Assembly: GCA_002633005.1 (NCBI GenBank)
Contig: NMRA01000545.1
Span: 217,690-281,689, forward strand
From: Phoronis australis
Lineage: Eukaryota > Animalia > Phoronida
Length of the DNA stretch: 64,000 bases
Reading direction: 5' to 3'
The stretch's first letter is position 1. Each line of letters starts with the position of its first letter. The notes below the pieces were generated by a model. The model was not told the origin of the DNA, made no database searches, and worked only from the letters and a program-made list of their open reading frames with translations. The position numbers were made by a program, and so were the translations under genes. Positions 1-14,700 of this stretch are shown piece after piece.

Positions 1-593
1 TAAACTACACAAAATGTTCTTCATTCCATATCAGTGTCGGTGGATCATTTTCAGTTTACAAGTCTCATTTCCGAAAGCGAGTCCGTTGAAGAAAATATGA
101 CTTTTTAAATCAACGATAGGGTTTACGATAAGGAATTGCCGTTAACAAACTGTCCGTACTTTTCAAAGTCCAGCTGTTTCTGCTACCCAAGCCGAATTTT
201 TTCTCTCGTTTTTAATTCCGTGTGTAGGCCTACGCGTTTAGATGGGGTAATAAATTCGCCTACCGACACAAAAACTATTCTTGGGTGTAGACTACTTAGT
301 TGGTCTCAAACTGTTCCTTAGTCAAATTGAATGCAATTTGTGGACTTGGGGAAAAAGTGATAGATCGCTAGATTAGGCTCTACTTGGTGGATCATAATTT
401 CCTGTGCCTAGGTGTGGGGACACGGCCTTTGGATCTGGATGTGCGCGGGGAACGGACTTATTGTTATTTGTAATAGTTTCATTTAGTGGTAACCATAGGC
501 TTATTACTGTATATTTTGTAAGGTACTGTGAACATCATCAAGCAAATATCAAGGTTTTTGTCAAGATATAGTGTTACCTCCTCAACTGTGGAG

Positions 594-595
<2 letters not shown>

Positions 596-647
<52 letters not shown>
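596..647. repeat. (TA)n microsatellite
   Basis: Uninterrupted TA dinucleotide run seen directly. Confidence 0.97.
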
Positions 648-650
<3 letters not shown>

Positions 651-863
651 GGGTGAATCCAGGATTTTGAGTTAGGCGTGGCCAACACACAGGAATAGCC
701 AAAATTTCGGCAGATGCGCGCGCCCAAAACGGTAGACGGGGTTTGTTCGGGGCCTATGCATTGTTTATTCACCCCAGGAGCGCACCTGGTTGCTAGTCAG
801 CAATTCGCAACCGAACTGCCAAATGGTATCTGGTAGAATTTTAGAGGGGCCATGGCCCCCTTG
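648..863 (+). mobile_element. Non-autonomous interspersed element with CAGGGG terminus, cut off by an assembly gap; related copy at 49985-50227
   Basis: Shares 'acaggaata...cagatgcgcg' and 'gctagtca..attcgca.ccgaactgccaaatggtatc.ggtagaatttt...ggggg.ccatggccc' with 50016-50205. Confidence 0.7.
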
Positions 864-1149
864 NNNNNNNNNNNNNNNNNNNNNNNNNNNNNNNNNNNNN
901 NNNNNNNNNNNNNNNNNNNNNNNNNNNNNNNNNNNNNNNNNNNNNNNNNNNNNNNNNNNNNNNNNNNNNNNNNNNNNNNNNNNNNNNNNNNNNNNNNNNN
1001 NNNNNNNNNNNNNNNNNNNNNNNNNNNNNNNNNNNNNNNNNNNNNNNNNNNNNNNNNNNNNNNNNNNNNNNNNNNNNNNNNNNNNNNNNNNNNNNNNNNN
1101 NNNNNNNNNNNNNNNNNNNNNNNNNNNNNNNNNNNNNNNNNNNNNNNNN
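864..1149. other. Assembly gap (N run)
   Basis: N characters. Confidence 0.99.
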
Positions 1150-1420
1150 TATAGTCCTTCAGTTTATATAGTCATTCAGTTTATATAGTCATTCAGTTTA
1201 TATAGTCATTCAGTTTATATAGTCCTTCAGTTTATATAGTCCTTCAGTTTATATAGTCCTTCAGTTTATATAGTCATTCAGTTTATATAGTCATTCAGTT
1301 TATAGTCATTCAGTTTATATAGTCATTCAGTTTATATAGTCATTCAGTTTATATAGTCATTCAGTTTATATAGTCATTCAGTTTATTTAGTCATTCAGTT
1401 TATATATTCATTCAGTTTAG
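1150..1420. repeat. 17-bp tandem repeat (ATAGTCATTCAGTTTAT)n, about 16 copies
   Basis: Directly visible tandem array next to the gap. Confidence 0.95.
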
Positions 1421-2773
1421 TTCACTTATTTTCGAATGGTTGGTCATCATTCTTTGTTGGTTTCAGTTTACTGCTTACATTCAATCTCTCACCATCACCC
1501 TCAATAAAGAGATTAAAAGCGAACCACATCATGTTTTCCATCAACAAAGATACAAAAATAACTCCTAACCTGAGAAAAGGAACGATCTAAATTGAAAATT
1601 AGTTTTTGACAAATAACGTCTTAAAAGCTTTAAATGATGGTCACTTTTTACTTGGGTGAATTTTGAACATGCATTAAGAGCTTGAATAGTGGACGGGTAA
1701 TAGTAATACACCTGCACAAATGTAGACTCTAAGGAACAGGGTGAAAAACGGCCTTGCAAATACTTAATATATACTCTTTATTTCCTTCAAGCCTAGATGT
1801 CAACCAGTACCGTAGTCGAATACAAGCAATCAAGTAAAATTCATAGCAAATCAAAGCAAAAGTGAAAATGCAACATTTATGATGCCTTTGTTCAATCGAT
1901 AGCTAAACCAAGAATTTACAAAATCCTTTGTAGTTTTGTATCAAGAGCATCTCAACGAAATGTCCCTTTTGAAGAACCAAGTCACCAAAGTAGTCGTAAC
2001 TTAAACTGCTAGGACAATTTGTAGCCAACCTAACCATTGTCGGCTACTTTGATCCTCTTTATACAACTCCAATGCACAAAGTCCTAGTAATAAAGTTGAA
2101 ATATAAAAATACACCTCCTGAAAAACTCTTCAGCGGTCAATTACGATAAAGAATTTTAGTTGATAAAACTGGTTAAGTTGCTGTGCAGTAGTGCAGACAG
2201 GAGCAACAGAACCAGGCACAGCACACTTAGATACTGGCATTGCACACCACACGCATTGTATAGTGCCAACAACATTACCACACTTAGGTAATCAATTATA
2301 ACTGGATGGCAATAATTAAATGTACCTTCACATAGCTATTTTTTCCAGCACAGCTGAAGCCAAGAATATTATTATGATCATTACATTGCGAACAATAAGA
2401 TTCCTTTTTAAAAATTAATTTTTGGCAAACCAAAGTGAGCTGAGCATTTGATCATGAACTTTAGAATTCCACAGATATCTTATGCTGCAAACGTGAACTA
2501 CATTGCGTGAGATCTTAAAGCTAACTTACTAGTGTTTACCTTGCACATAACTCCAAACTTAACCTTGTTATATTAAAGACTCAAAGTCCAGCTACACACT
2601 ACCAATGGTAAAACCCTGGAAACTGAAGCAGTAAACAATGGAACTAAATCCTTCACTTATTCAAACAGTTTCCATTCCAAAATGCATAAAAGTCCTGGGA
2701 CAATCCAAAGCTACGCAGTCATAAGTGAACAGTTATGTACAGAAAATGACGTGTAACTAAAAGTGCAGGCAAG

Positions 2774-5700
2774 TTAGTCACTGTCTAGATCACTTTCGTC
2801 AGAACTCTCATGTCCCAGTTGGTTAAGTTCGTCCTCCATAGGGGGCACCAACACAAAGTCTTTGCCAGGCCAACGGAGCTGGGCATGTTTCATCTGGCCA
2901 TTACACTGTTCCTTGAGCTGAGGAAAAAGGAAATCCAATCCTGATTACTGGGATTTCAATGCATGTTTTCACTTAAACATATCACTCTCCTGCAACTGCA
3001 GGACCACCTCTAACTAGACACACACATTTCAGGCTCCAAGGGCAAGTTGACTCGTAACAGTATTTTCTTTAAAATTAACTCTATAGAAGCATACATTTCT
3101 TCCATTCCATGTTGGGGGCTCCTGGTCACAACTGATTTAACCAGGAATCAGTTACGTCTATTTCAAGTTGGACAACATCCAAAACGCAGTGGCAACATCA
3201 ATAAAAAGTCGTCAATCATCAGAATTCCCACATTATGAAGAAACTTGAGCCTGTTGCGAGCCTAGTTGAAGCTAAATTGGCCTTTGGAATGTGATTGGGA
3301 GGGCGATGCTGCACTTTCAATAAGAACGAAACAATGCAACTTGTATAAAATCAACTGTAGATTGCACTCATGCCCATAAATCACTTCCAATACATTGTAT
3401 ACCACTAAAACTCTAAAATATGACTGCCTCGATCAAAACTGAACATGTGACCTATCATGAAACTAGGAGACAAGTGAATATCTTTTCTGTAGCACTATTA
3501 TGTTATTTATTTCAAAACTACAGTGCAATGGGCTCGGAACTCACCTGCTTAGACAGGTTCTGGAATTCTCTCAAGTCGTCCTCGGTGATCTCGTATTCTT
3601 CCTCGTCCGTCTCGTTCCAACCCATCTCACGCAACAATCTGAAAAGGACACGTGACCAAATACACCACAACTGAACACCAGTGGCCAACATGACGCACAA
3701 TAAAGTTTTAACATTATAGAAACCGTTAACTTCGATGAGCATGTGTGTGCATGTGTGAGTGTACAAATTATAATTCTGCACCTTACAGTATGAACCAGCC
3801 ACGGTAATAATGACGACCTTTCTAATTATTATAATTAATTTCAGGCTTCTATGATCATGAGGGAATTCAAAATCATACGGCTTCTTGGGCTGGATACTTC
3901 TGAATAACTAGAAACAAAAGTTGACAGTTATCTTCCACTCCACTGTTTAGTTTTAAGTCAGTCAATATTTCATAATGCCAACCTCTGTTCCGCCTCCAAA
4001 GAACTAGACAAGAAGACATCGTCACGTCTGTGATGCGTTGGTGAAGAGTTGAGATGAAGTCCATTCACACCATTCAACATGTCTTCAATGGCTCCTTCAT
4101 TGCCATGACAACCGTTGACCTGATTACTATTGGAATCTGTGCTGAGGTCAACTTTAGAAGCGTTGGGTGCATTCGACTGAAAAATAAAATGTACCTTTGT
4201 AGAACATGAGCCTCCCCGAAGGACTGCATTAAAAACACACACATGGTTGTCATGGTGATGATACCTCTACTTGCCTCTTAATTCAGACCCATTTAACCTA
4301 TTTCCAAGGTTTGATAGCTTTTCAAATTTTTGCAGTACAGCACTTATCTGGAACTTTTAACTGAAGTATTTTTGAAAGGGAAATGTATTTGATATGAGTA
4401 AGAACATCAGTGACTGTTGTAATTTGATGCAAAATGCTGCTTGTGCAACTTTTATCAAAAACATCTCAAGTGTTAATATGTTATTGTACTGCACAATGCA
4501 CTGGTGATGAGCTTTGCTTTCAATGTGTCATGGTTAACTGTAAAGTTACACAGCTCCCAGTAGGTATATCTAACTCCCCCATTAGACTGTAATACACAGG
4601 GCCATTCCTCTGTGTATTATCCTTTCCAAGATGGTTGGACATAAGCGGGCTCTTTCAACTTCTTTTGTGAGTAAAGACACCGAACCCTTTCAATTTTCCA
4701 CGTCATCTTGCCATTTCATACTTTCAATGAAAACAGCATCTTACACCGAAGCCCTTGCTGCATCACGATTATTTTTTGAAACCCAGCATTCTCATTATAC
4801 ACTTATTAATTTTACAGAATTTAACAATATGCAACATTCATTCGTGACCAACATAATCACTTTGCCGTGTATCTTGGCACGATTGAAGTATGCCAGACAT
4901 TATGTTTCATGACAATGAACATTACATTCAATGTTTGTAGCTGTTGACTTCAAATTCCTTTTATTTTTGGATTAAAGTTCTGTAATGACTGGTGTTGTAA
5001 CACTTAATATGAGCCACATAATGTTTCTGTAATGGCGTAGTTAAGACTAGAATTACGACAATTCCATAGGAGTAAATGGATTTGTTAATTTGACACTGTG
5101 ACGAGGTACACATTGGTAATGGCTGATGTTCCATTAATGCCTTTGTCGAGCAATCGTGTACATCACAACGGAAGTTTTATCAAGTGGCTGAGATAATTTA
5201 CTTTGTCATTAGAGCGTCAAAAACTTTTAAGGTGAAGTCCACTACAAATTACTAGAATCGCTTTCACTTTGTTGCAACATCAATGAATAAATATACTCCA
5301 TAATTTTTTGCAAAAAATTTTATGCATTCAACAAAGTTGTCACATCTTGCCCGTTAAATGCTTATTGTTGCTAACATAAGGTGAGGGAGCAGCACGTCAC
5401 CAGCTTAGTGTTCAAAAGTCAACAATTACTTCGTCATAAAAAGGCACAAGGTATCAAACTGAGTTTCAGGCAAATTAACTCAAGTCAATTTTCAACAAAC
5501 CGTGATGCAGTATTTTAACATTCAGCTGTTTGGTCGACCTGAGAATAGCCATGTTCACTTATTGTTTGTGATGAAAAATTGTCCCGGTAATTTCTAAGTA
5601 CAAAGCATTAGACAACACAGTACAGGCCAAAGTAATCACACAAAATATTGTTTCTCCACCGCGAGGACAAGTACGCTTCACAGATAAAATGACAGGCAAT

Positions 5701-8700
5701 GAACTGTCAGTGCAGCAAATTTTTAATGACAGAACAGCGTTTCTCCCGACTAACTTTTTGGTAAAGTCACTTTCATTCCCCGATGAATGGCTTCTATGTC
5801 AATGATTTCAGCTCATGTTACAATGATGGAATTCCGTGTCATTTGTCTTAATACTTTTGTCTTGTACTATATGTTTCCAATCAAAAGCTTAGGTGATAAT
5901 TAACAAAAAGGAGAAATATCGCCCAAAAGGACAAATATCACTCTCCAACTAACTTTTGGTAGGTTCACGCGACTGGCTATCAGAATCAAAAAGGTTTATT
6001 CTATGTAAGCCTTAGCCCCATAACATGGATAACATTACAACTTTACAGGGATAAAATTTCAGCTCATAGCACTGTCATTCTTGTTAGTTCACAAGGATCA
6101 CGACTTTGGAATAATCTAACTGTTCTGGCATCATAAGTTTTAAGCATCAGAAAAATTGGGAGCACATGACCAAGGACAGGGCAGTAAAGCTTGATTTCAA
6201 TTTGATCAGCATTGCATTTGCCACAAATTCTCTGACTGTCGCGTAGACCTGCGTGTCGCCCTGTTTCAATGTAACACGCAGACCTGAGTGTCGCCCCGTT
6301 TCAATGTAACGCTTGAGTATTAAGCACCTAAAACAAGCATTTTCCTCAGGTAATAGTCTATTAAAAAGTACATGTATTTTTCACACTGTAGTTTCGTTTT
6401 GATAGTACAATAAAATCAATATTTATTCAAATTATTAATTACAGAGTGACAATTTTGAACGCCGTAGTCTTATGCGGAATTCTGATAGGAATAAATAAAT
6501 CTGTGTCACCCTGTCCATATAAACATACCTCTTCAAATCCGTTGGTATTCAGAAGCACTGAGTGGCAAAAACACCAGTAATTTTATCAGTGGCAAAAACG
6601 CTAACATTTCAGCAAGACAGATGTGCTTGATGTGAATGAACTTTCGCCAGCATCTCTCAACACCCGAATCACTTTTCAAGCAAAATTAATGTCAAACCAC
6701 CTTCCCTCTCTAACAAAAGTACTAGCCAAAAAATGCTATCATTTCAGGCAATTTGTGCATTAGGCAACTCTTATGCAAAAAAGATTTGCACATAAGAGGA
6801 CAAGAAAGCGTGCACTGTTTACCAGCGAAGTCCTCGGCACATTAAAGGCTTGATCGCGTCATCACGGATTGAAGTGAGTGAGTCACTATTTATGGACCAG
6901 GTCAAATATGTATCGACGGAGATAATTGTGGTCGTAAACCAACATACCTATTTAGCATACAAGTTTCAAAGTCAAAAAACGGACAATAAGTAAGGCAAAC
7001 AAGTGTTTTTAAAATTGAAAAGTAAACAGCAGCCATCTTTGAATTTTTAAAACTGATATATTGTAAGAGAAATTAGCGAATAGGTTTTCTTCGACATCAC
7101 AGCTAAGCCACGGGCACTAATTTGTGAATAGAATAGGACGGGTTAGTCACACTCTGGCTTAGGCTAACTTAGGCATTGGGGTGACAAAACCTCAAATATA
7201 AGAGTTGCCTCATGGAACGGGGTATTTGTTTTACTTCATAATAGTGCTAGTATTTTACAGTGCACCTCATTACTTTACCCAGTAGCCAAATACAATCAAA
7301 TCATTTGGTGCAGGTGCAGGCTCCCCAGCTACTGGATTGATCTCAGCCATCAGAGCGCCAGTCATTGCAGACAAACCTTTGCAGGTGCAGGGCATAGTAT
7401 TTTTGGTGCAGCCATTGGTTGCGCAGGATTTTTCGATATCACCATTGAATTATTTCCACCCCTTGCACAACTTAAGTCAAGACAACAGTAACCACTTGAC
7501 TGTAACCCACCTTGCCTTCATCAAACAGAGTGTTATCACCATCTTCAACGGGAGGTTTCCGTGCCGACAGACCTTTAGATGAGACCACAGCCTTATAGAT
7601 GTTGGTGCTAGGCTTGACGGGCTCTTTTGACTCTGAATTATAGACAAAAAGTCATTAAACCATGCTAGGCCTGCGTACACAACTGAACATGTAGTACACA
7701 AGGCCAGTATTCACAACTGAACATGTAGTACACAAGGCCAGTATTCACAACTGAACATGTAGTACACAAGGCAAGTATTCACAACTGAACATGTAGTACA
7801 CAAGGCAAGTATTAACAACTGAACATGTAGTACACAAGGCCAGTATTCACAACTGAACATGTAGTACACAAGGCCAGTATTCACAACTGAACATGTAGTA
7901 CACAAGGCAAGTATTCACAACTGAACATGTAGTACACAAGGCAAGTATTCACAACTGAACACGTAGTACACAAGGCCAGGAAACAAAAGCAACAAGATGA
8001 CAAACAGATCACCATCGGCGAGTATTACGACAAAAAGAATTAAGATATTCTTCACACCAGCCAATGTAACATGAATTACGTTTTTAAAGTGAGCACATAT
8101 AACAGACTGACAAGAAGTAGTTTTCAGTGATTTATCAAACAAATCAACACAAATTGTTGATAAAGGGTCTTTGCACTCATCTCTGTTAATGTAATTTATC
8201 AGACTCATCAAACAATGGAGCCACTATGGTCAGGAGTGGTTAATGAAGGTTACTGAAATACAACCTCAACACATCGAGCAATAATGCGAATCAACAGAAG
8301 CTGCTGGAATCAGAGAAAGTCCACAACATTGAGATGCACTAGCATAGCAGGAGTATATCACGCAACGCTTGTTTACCTTGTTGACTTGACGACTCTGCTG
8401 GTGGACTAACTGAGCCTTGGTGACACAACACTTTGTTGTTGGGTTTGTCTGAAAGGGCCACAGCATTTTGGTTAAAACAAGACGCCTCAAACAGTGACAG
8501 CTAAAGGTGCTTCCAGACAGCGAGCAGCGTTGTGAGGCAATGACATGCAGTGCTAGTCAATCTACCATTGACACAACTAGCTAGAATTGCGAGTTGTAAG
8601 AAACACTTCATAATGCACAGGTAAGCAATGGTGGTATTCTGATGCCAATAGTAGACGGTGAACATGAGCTAGTAATAAATAGGCAATATTGTACATACCC

Positions 8701-11700
8701 CACACTCCACTAACACTAGTGGTTTTCCCAGGAGGTCCTGTGGTGTCACTGGAGGTCCCATTACCCAGGGATGGCTACAAAAATACACACCAAGGTAATG
8801 AATGTACAGCAGTACTTTAACACACGGGGAATTCAAATTATTTTAACTTTTAACTCCCCAATGTTGAGTTTTCCTGCGTTCAAAGAGTGCAGGGAAGTAG
8901 TAACCAGAAGGAACAAAACAAAGTCGACTCAAAGAACACAACTTGCACACGTCTTATAAAAACTCAGTTGACAGTTGAATGTAAACTTTTACTGTGGGGA
9001 GTATGCTGGCTTGGGCAGAATATGGAAAGAGGTATGCTGGAGACAATTTATGGTAGGTCTTGTGAACAGGTTATTAACTATATGTAATCAAGGCATATTT
9101 TTTATGACGACATAGAAAACAAGAGCAACACAGAGCGTTGAAATGTGCCCACGACTACACCGCAAACGGTGTGCGTCTAGGGGTGTTTATTTGTATCATA
9201 AAACTTAGTAAATATCCTGCAGAGGGTTCGGGAGATACACCCATACACGCAAAAAAAACTGCCACTAGAAGGTGCCACAGAAGCCCAGGTCGTCTGAAAA
9301 TCTTCATCAGCTGGCCCTTCACAGTAGAAACATAAACGCCAATTTTAAAAATCATCCCCAGTGTTTGGTTGATAGAGGGGCAGACGGCAAAAAACGACTA
9401 GAAAACAGTAAAAATGAACACTTGATGGTGCAACATATGTCATATCCATCCGAAAACAAAAAATGACACCGTTTTTTTAATAAAAAAACTATTTACCAAA
9501 AGTCATAAAAATTCACCAAGGAACTTCGGAGAAACAGAGGAAAACGGAAAAAAATGAAATTACCACTAAGGGGCACACCGTTTGTCGGATCCGTCTGAAA
9601 GTCGTCATCTTCTTTTGTCAACTTTGTATCACTACACTTGCTAAATTCAACAAAGATCCTGCAGAGGGTTTAGGAGATACAGCCATGGGCACAAAAACAA
9701 ACAAAACTACAACTAGGAGGCACCACAGTAGTCAGAGTCATCAGAAAATCATCGTCAGCAACCCCTTCACAGTAAGAACATATACGCCTGTTTTCACTGT
9801 CATCCTTAGAGTGGTTTGCTTGATAGAGGGGCGGACACCAAAATACAGACTCGAAAACAGTAAAAATGGCCACTACGTGGCGCAAAATATCTTGAATCCA
9901 TCTGAAAACGGGAGGATAGCGTTATCTCACGTATAGATGCCAATCAGCCAAATTTTTTGAAAATCCATTGAGGAACTCCAAAGATACAGAGGCAAACGTA
10001 AAACACTGCAATTGCCACTAGGGGGCAGACCAGTAAACAAATAGGACCAAAAATCTTTGCCATCTGTCGTAAGCTTAATATGGACACATCTGCCAAATCT
10101 CATCAAGATCCTATGAGGGGTTTAGGAGACACAGCTGCAGACGCTAGAAGCCATGCACATGACGCCCAGACAGAGATGACGGCAATATGCACCCACACAT
10201 AAATATGTGGGCGCATAAAAACATGGGTTAGTGCAACTGAATCAGTTTAATGGACCATAGGGTGATAGTCTTAAGGTTATAATCAACTATGCACAATAAC
10301 TAAGGCGTGAACATGCAGGTGCATAAAAAAGACACAACATAACATAAACCAAGTGTTGTGTGCAGCAGACTACCGTACCACCAACCAACACATCAAGGCA
10401 CACGGCAGTATTGGACCAATATACCTTCGTAAGCTGCTAAAGTCTGTTTCACAAGTAGTGGACTTACAAACTCTGAGTTGAAGCTATCTCTGCTATTCCT
10501 GCGCTGTTTGTCATTTCTCTGATTCTTTAGTCCTTCCTTGGTGTGATGTGGACGAGTGTTGGTGAAATACGGAGGATCAGCAAAATCGTATGGGTAACCA
10601 TATGCATAGTAGAATGGCTAAAAAGAAGATGACAAGCAGGTTTCATTACATGCAACTGGAGACTTAAGATAGCAATTTTGTCTTATGCTCCAAACTATTT
10701 TTGAAAAATACTTAGGGCTGTTCCAGCAAAATCAGTATGGGAGGGGGGGGAAGGCACTTTTATTTCGTACCCACCGCCCATATGTTTCATTTATTTCTCC
10801 AACCCATGACCCATAATTTTTTAATTATTTTTAATAGGTTAAAATATAAAATCCAACACTTGCAAACAAATTGCCTCCAGGAGGACCTGTTGAGAACTTA
10901 AATGATTGACAGACAAGAACTAGTTGTCTTGTCCAATATTGTCAAAAACTAAAGTAGCCTGTGAGCAATACTTTTGGCAGCCACCAGGTGTCTCTGTTCA
11001 CCATGTGTCTAAAATTTCAATGAACATTTTTTCAATTATAAGGATCTATGAATCTCAAACTGTCTCCACGAACTCTTTTATACTTCTATGTCAAGTGAAT
11101 ATTGGAACTTGTTTAGCTTACTCCTCATACTTTTTATTTAAAAATCATCAATTTTATTATATGTGTTAAAACCAGTTTAGTGTTGCATAACTTCAATTCA
11201 ATAGGACTGCAGACAAACAGTTGACTCAAATCAAGTTGCCCATGACTTGTTTAATGGCTTAGTGAACATATTGCACTCTGTTCACTGGCAATATGGGCTC
11301 TTTTTTATTGGGATCAACATTAACAGGTCAAAAAATACCACCTATTTTTAATGCATCACTTCTTACAGGAACGACCACCCATAATTAGAGTTTTTTTCTG
11401 AAGACCACCACCCATGAATTTTTATTTCTGCTGCCGTCCCCCCCCTCCCACACGGATTTTACTGGAACAGCCCTTAAATATCCCTCAGGTAAAAAGGCAA
11501 ATTATCTGAAAACTTAAAACAAAACTTGTAGTTACTAAAATAACTTCTAGAAATTATTTATAGACTGTCATGATCTCATAGTTACTTGCTTATAGATTTT
11601 TTCAGCAATTGTGAAGTGAAAGCCAAAGACCAAATTTCTGTCTCGAGTCTTAAGCCAATTTCATGAAACGGATTCATGATTAAGCAAAAACAAGCAGTGG

Positions 11701-14700
11701 TCTCACACAACACTTTTCAACCAAATAAAATAGCATAATGTTACTCCAACATAACCTTGGGTCAAAATCACCAACTAATTTTTTTTGTGGTTCGACTAAA
11801 AAGCATTTTTGATTCTGGTCGGTGGTTATTATGAAAATTGATGCAGTATTTCTAGCTGCTCATTTCTCAAAATGAAAGTTACTTGATATAAGCTAAAAAT
11901 GTGCGGGAATGGTTTCTACGCGGTTGGCTGAACTGATGTCCACTGCGAGGGATTAGGGCAGGATGTGACTGCCCATACAGCTGCCAACAACAAAGGGTCA
12001 AAGGGTCACCATTCTTCAATACCATGATTACTTGGTTTCAAAACTTCAAACAGGCACGGTGAGGTCAAGTGAAACAGACTGACTGCGTCCAAAGCAATGA
12101 TTGGCTAACAATGCTTTGATCCAATTACTGAGAAACTGCTTATGTCATGTACTCTCTGCGTGCTGCAAACTCTTTTTCCAGATGTATGCTAACAGAAATT
12201 TTTAACATAAAAACATCGTCCCGCCAAATGTTTCAGGGGCACACGGGGACAATAAACATGTTATCTTTTTATCTCGTCTTCTGCGCTACTTTAGAGTAAC
12301 TGCTAAGGAATTGACGCATTCTGAATGCACATCACCAAGGCAACACCGTTTGAATGAAGAACATGCGTTACTCCTCTCAACCAGGTCACTCAAACTCCAT
12401 CAGATAATGCATATACACACCAAGTCTAGCTCGTCTCAGTCACAGTGTGGAACCAGATACCTTGAAAGGTATGAAGAAATGCAAAGACAATGATCCATGC
12501 ATTATGTTGCACGGAATCTCTCAATGTGTGAAAAGCAATTTTTCTTGGCAGGATAGAAATTTTCACTACTATAAAACTATCTGAACAGGTGCCAACATGT
12601 GCCTAATAAACAATTTTTGAACAAGGCTCGGAAGCAAGTTTATCCGCTATGCTAACACGAAACGCACGCTTATAATTAAAAAACCTAACTTTGGTCAGGG
12701 GAACTTGATTTTCTGACTCAGTTGACCAGCAGGCGATCGGGCTTTAGAGGCCTAGGTATATCCCTGTTTAAGACAGCAATTACAGTCAACAAGTCACTGC
12801 AATAAAAACTTGACATGACTGCATTTGTGAGGCTTTTCGAAAAAGGGCAAAACCTTTCTGCGTTTCTAAGTAGCAACCAGCAGCTTCAAAACTGATACAG
12901 ACCAGAACCAAACATGCTTTTGGCTGAGCAGAAAAAACAAAAAATTAAGGTTATTCTGTGTCCCTTGACCTCGTGAGCAATGACAATTTTACTACATAGA
13001 CAATATACTTTTGACACATATCATTCTTCTTAAAACATTAACAAAGATATGGAAAAAGTCCTGTATTGTGGATACGAGTTCTGGGGAAACTGTAAAAAAA
13101 GAAAATTGGTGTAATAAGCTGTGATTTTTTGTCCAAAATATAACTGATGTTCGAATGAGAAAACAGTAATGATTACTTGCTTAAATACTGTACTTGAGCA
13201 GACAAGACACTAAATAAAGACATGTTCTGTAAAGACCAACACACTGACCTCAGTTTTTGGACAGTGTTTTACTCACATCGTGAGGAGGTCTAGCATTTGG
13301 GTGATGATATTTGTTGCCTCTTCTGAATGGTGGATATGCAGGATACGCCTGGTAACCGTAATAGTCATCATAGTAACCATAGTAGTAGTCATCGTAGTAA
13401 CCATCTAAAGAGTGGTGTCTATACTTGTGGGAATTGGGTCGAGAATCTGAAAACAAATAAGACATAATAATTAAGCAAATCAGGTGAACGTATTAAAGCA
13501 ATGCTGAGCATTGATATGCAACCAACATGTGCATCACATCACATATAGCACAGGTACAAGGGATGATCAATATTTTAAACATTACCACTAGTTGGACTGG
13601 TACCAGTAAACTTAAAAGGAGGCTCTAGGGGGCGCATTGCAAGCAGGGACTCATCTAGGATTTGAAAATTGGGGGTCCAAATTCGTGAGAATTACGAGTC
13701 GTGCAAAGCGCAAATCTGAGGCGCTGATGGGGGGAGGGGGGTAGGGGCGAGGGAGGGGTAGGGGGGAGGGAGGGGTGGGGGGAAGTTAGGGGGAGGGGGG
13801 GAAGTTGGAGGGGAGGTGGGNNNNNNNNNNNNNNNNNNNNNNNNNNNNNNNNNNNNNNNNNNNNNNNNNNNNNNNNNNCCACCCGGTGAGGAAAAAATTG
13901 TTACATAAAAAAGGTCATTTCCTTGCATTTTATTTAGCACACTGTTTGGAGGTCTTTTTCTTGTTCAAAGGACGGCACATAGGGAAACTAAACAAAAATT
14001 AGGAGGTTTGTTCCATTCAGGATGTGTGTATTGTCACTAGGCTGCAAAAATCAAGATCTGTAAATCTTTTTAGTAAGATAATCTATGTAGAGTTGCATGA
14101 TAGACAGCATGAGTACAGGACTCAAATGTATCTTGAAGCTCTCAAAAGAGAAGAGTAAAATGCAGTTGAGAAACCACTTAAAATTGTGAGAAGAAAATGA
14201 AGTTGCATTCGAAAGGACATGAAGAAATATATTCTAGAGTACATGTCTACGTTTCGTTACATCACACAGTAATGCAATTCACGAATCTACAAAAACAAGA
14301 CCATATCCTCATCAAATTCACAAATCAGTATCAACAGTGCTCAACACGGTCGAAAATCTACGCTGGAAAATAGGAGTGACAGCGTATGTGCACTCGCGCG
14401 TGTATACCCTGACTTTAATTGGCTACATAAAGGATCGTGACCAAAACAAAACGTCGAAACTCCGTGTTTGAATTTGGCATTCATATTTTTACGTTTCTTC
14501 AACGTTTTTCCGAGCGCTTTACTCGTAAATTTCACGTCGTTTGGCTACGAGCGTAGCCAGTGGTCGCCGGGGACATCGTAGTTGTTACGTCTTCTGCAAT
14601 GCATTTTAAGTGGACGCTTTGTTGAATTGAAACTTACCAGGTTGAAAGTCAATCACTGACTTTCATAGTACGCTACAAGAAATTTATTCTTAAAAAGACC

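Noticed and set aside
790-1188. Long ORFs spanning N runs (also 13655-14002, 15946-17212 and 34579-34869)
   Set aside because: Artefacts of translating assembly gaps.
6529-6557. Possible 29-nt vasculin micro-exon (minus; CAG acceptor, GTATGT donor)
   Set aside because: Its phases do not fit between the phase-0 flanking exons, and no compensating exon was found.
7672-7978. 34-bp repeats of CRISPR-like length (also the 36-bp array at 29891-30071)
   Set aside because: Units are directly adjacent with no unique spacers, there are no cas genes, and the context is a eukaryotic intron or UTR: minisatellites.
10425-10467. Alternative downstream donor extending vasculin exon 4
   Set aside because: Using it would remove the conserved FPSL...GVW exon; the GTAAGT donor at 10467 is stronger and in phase.
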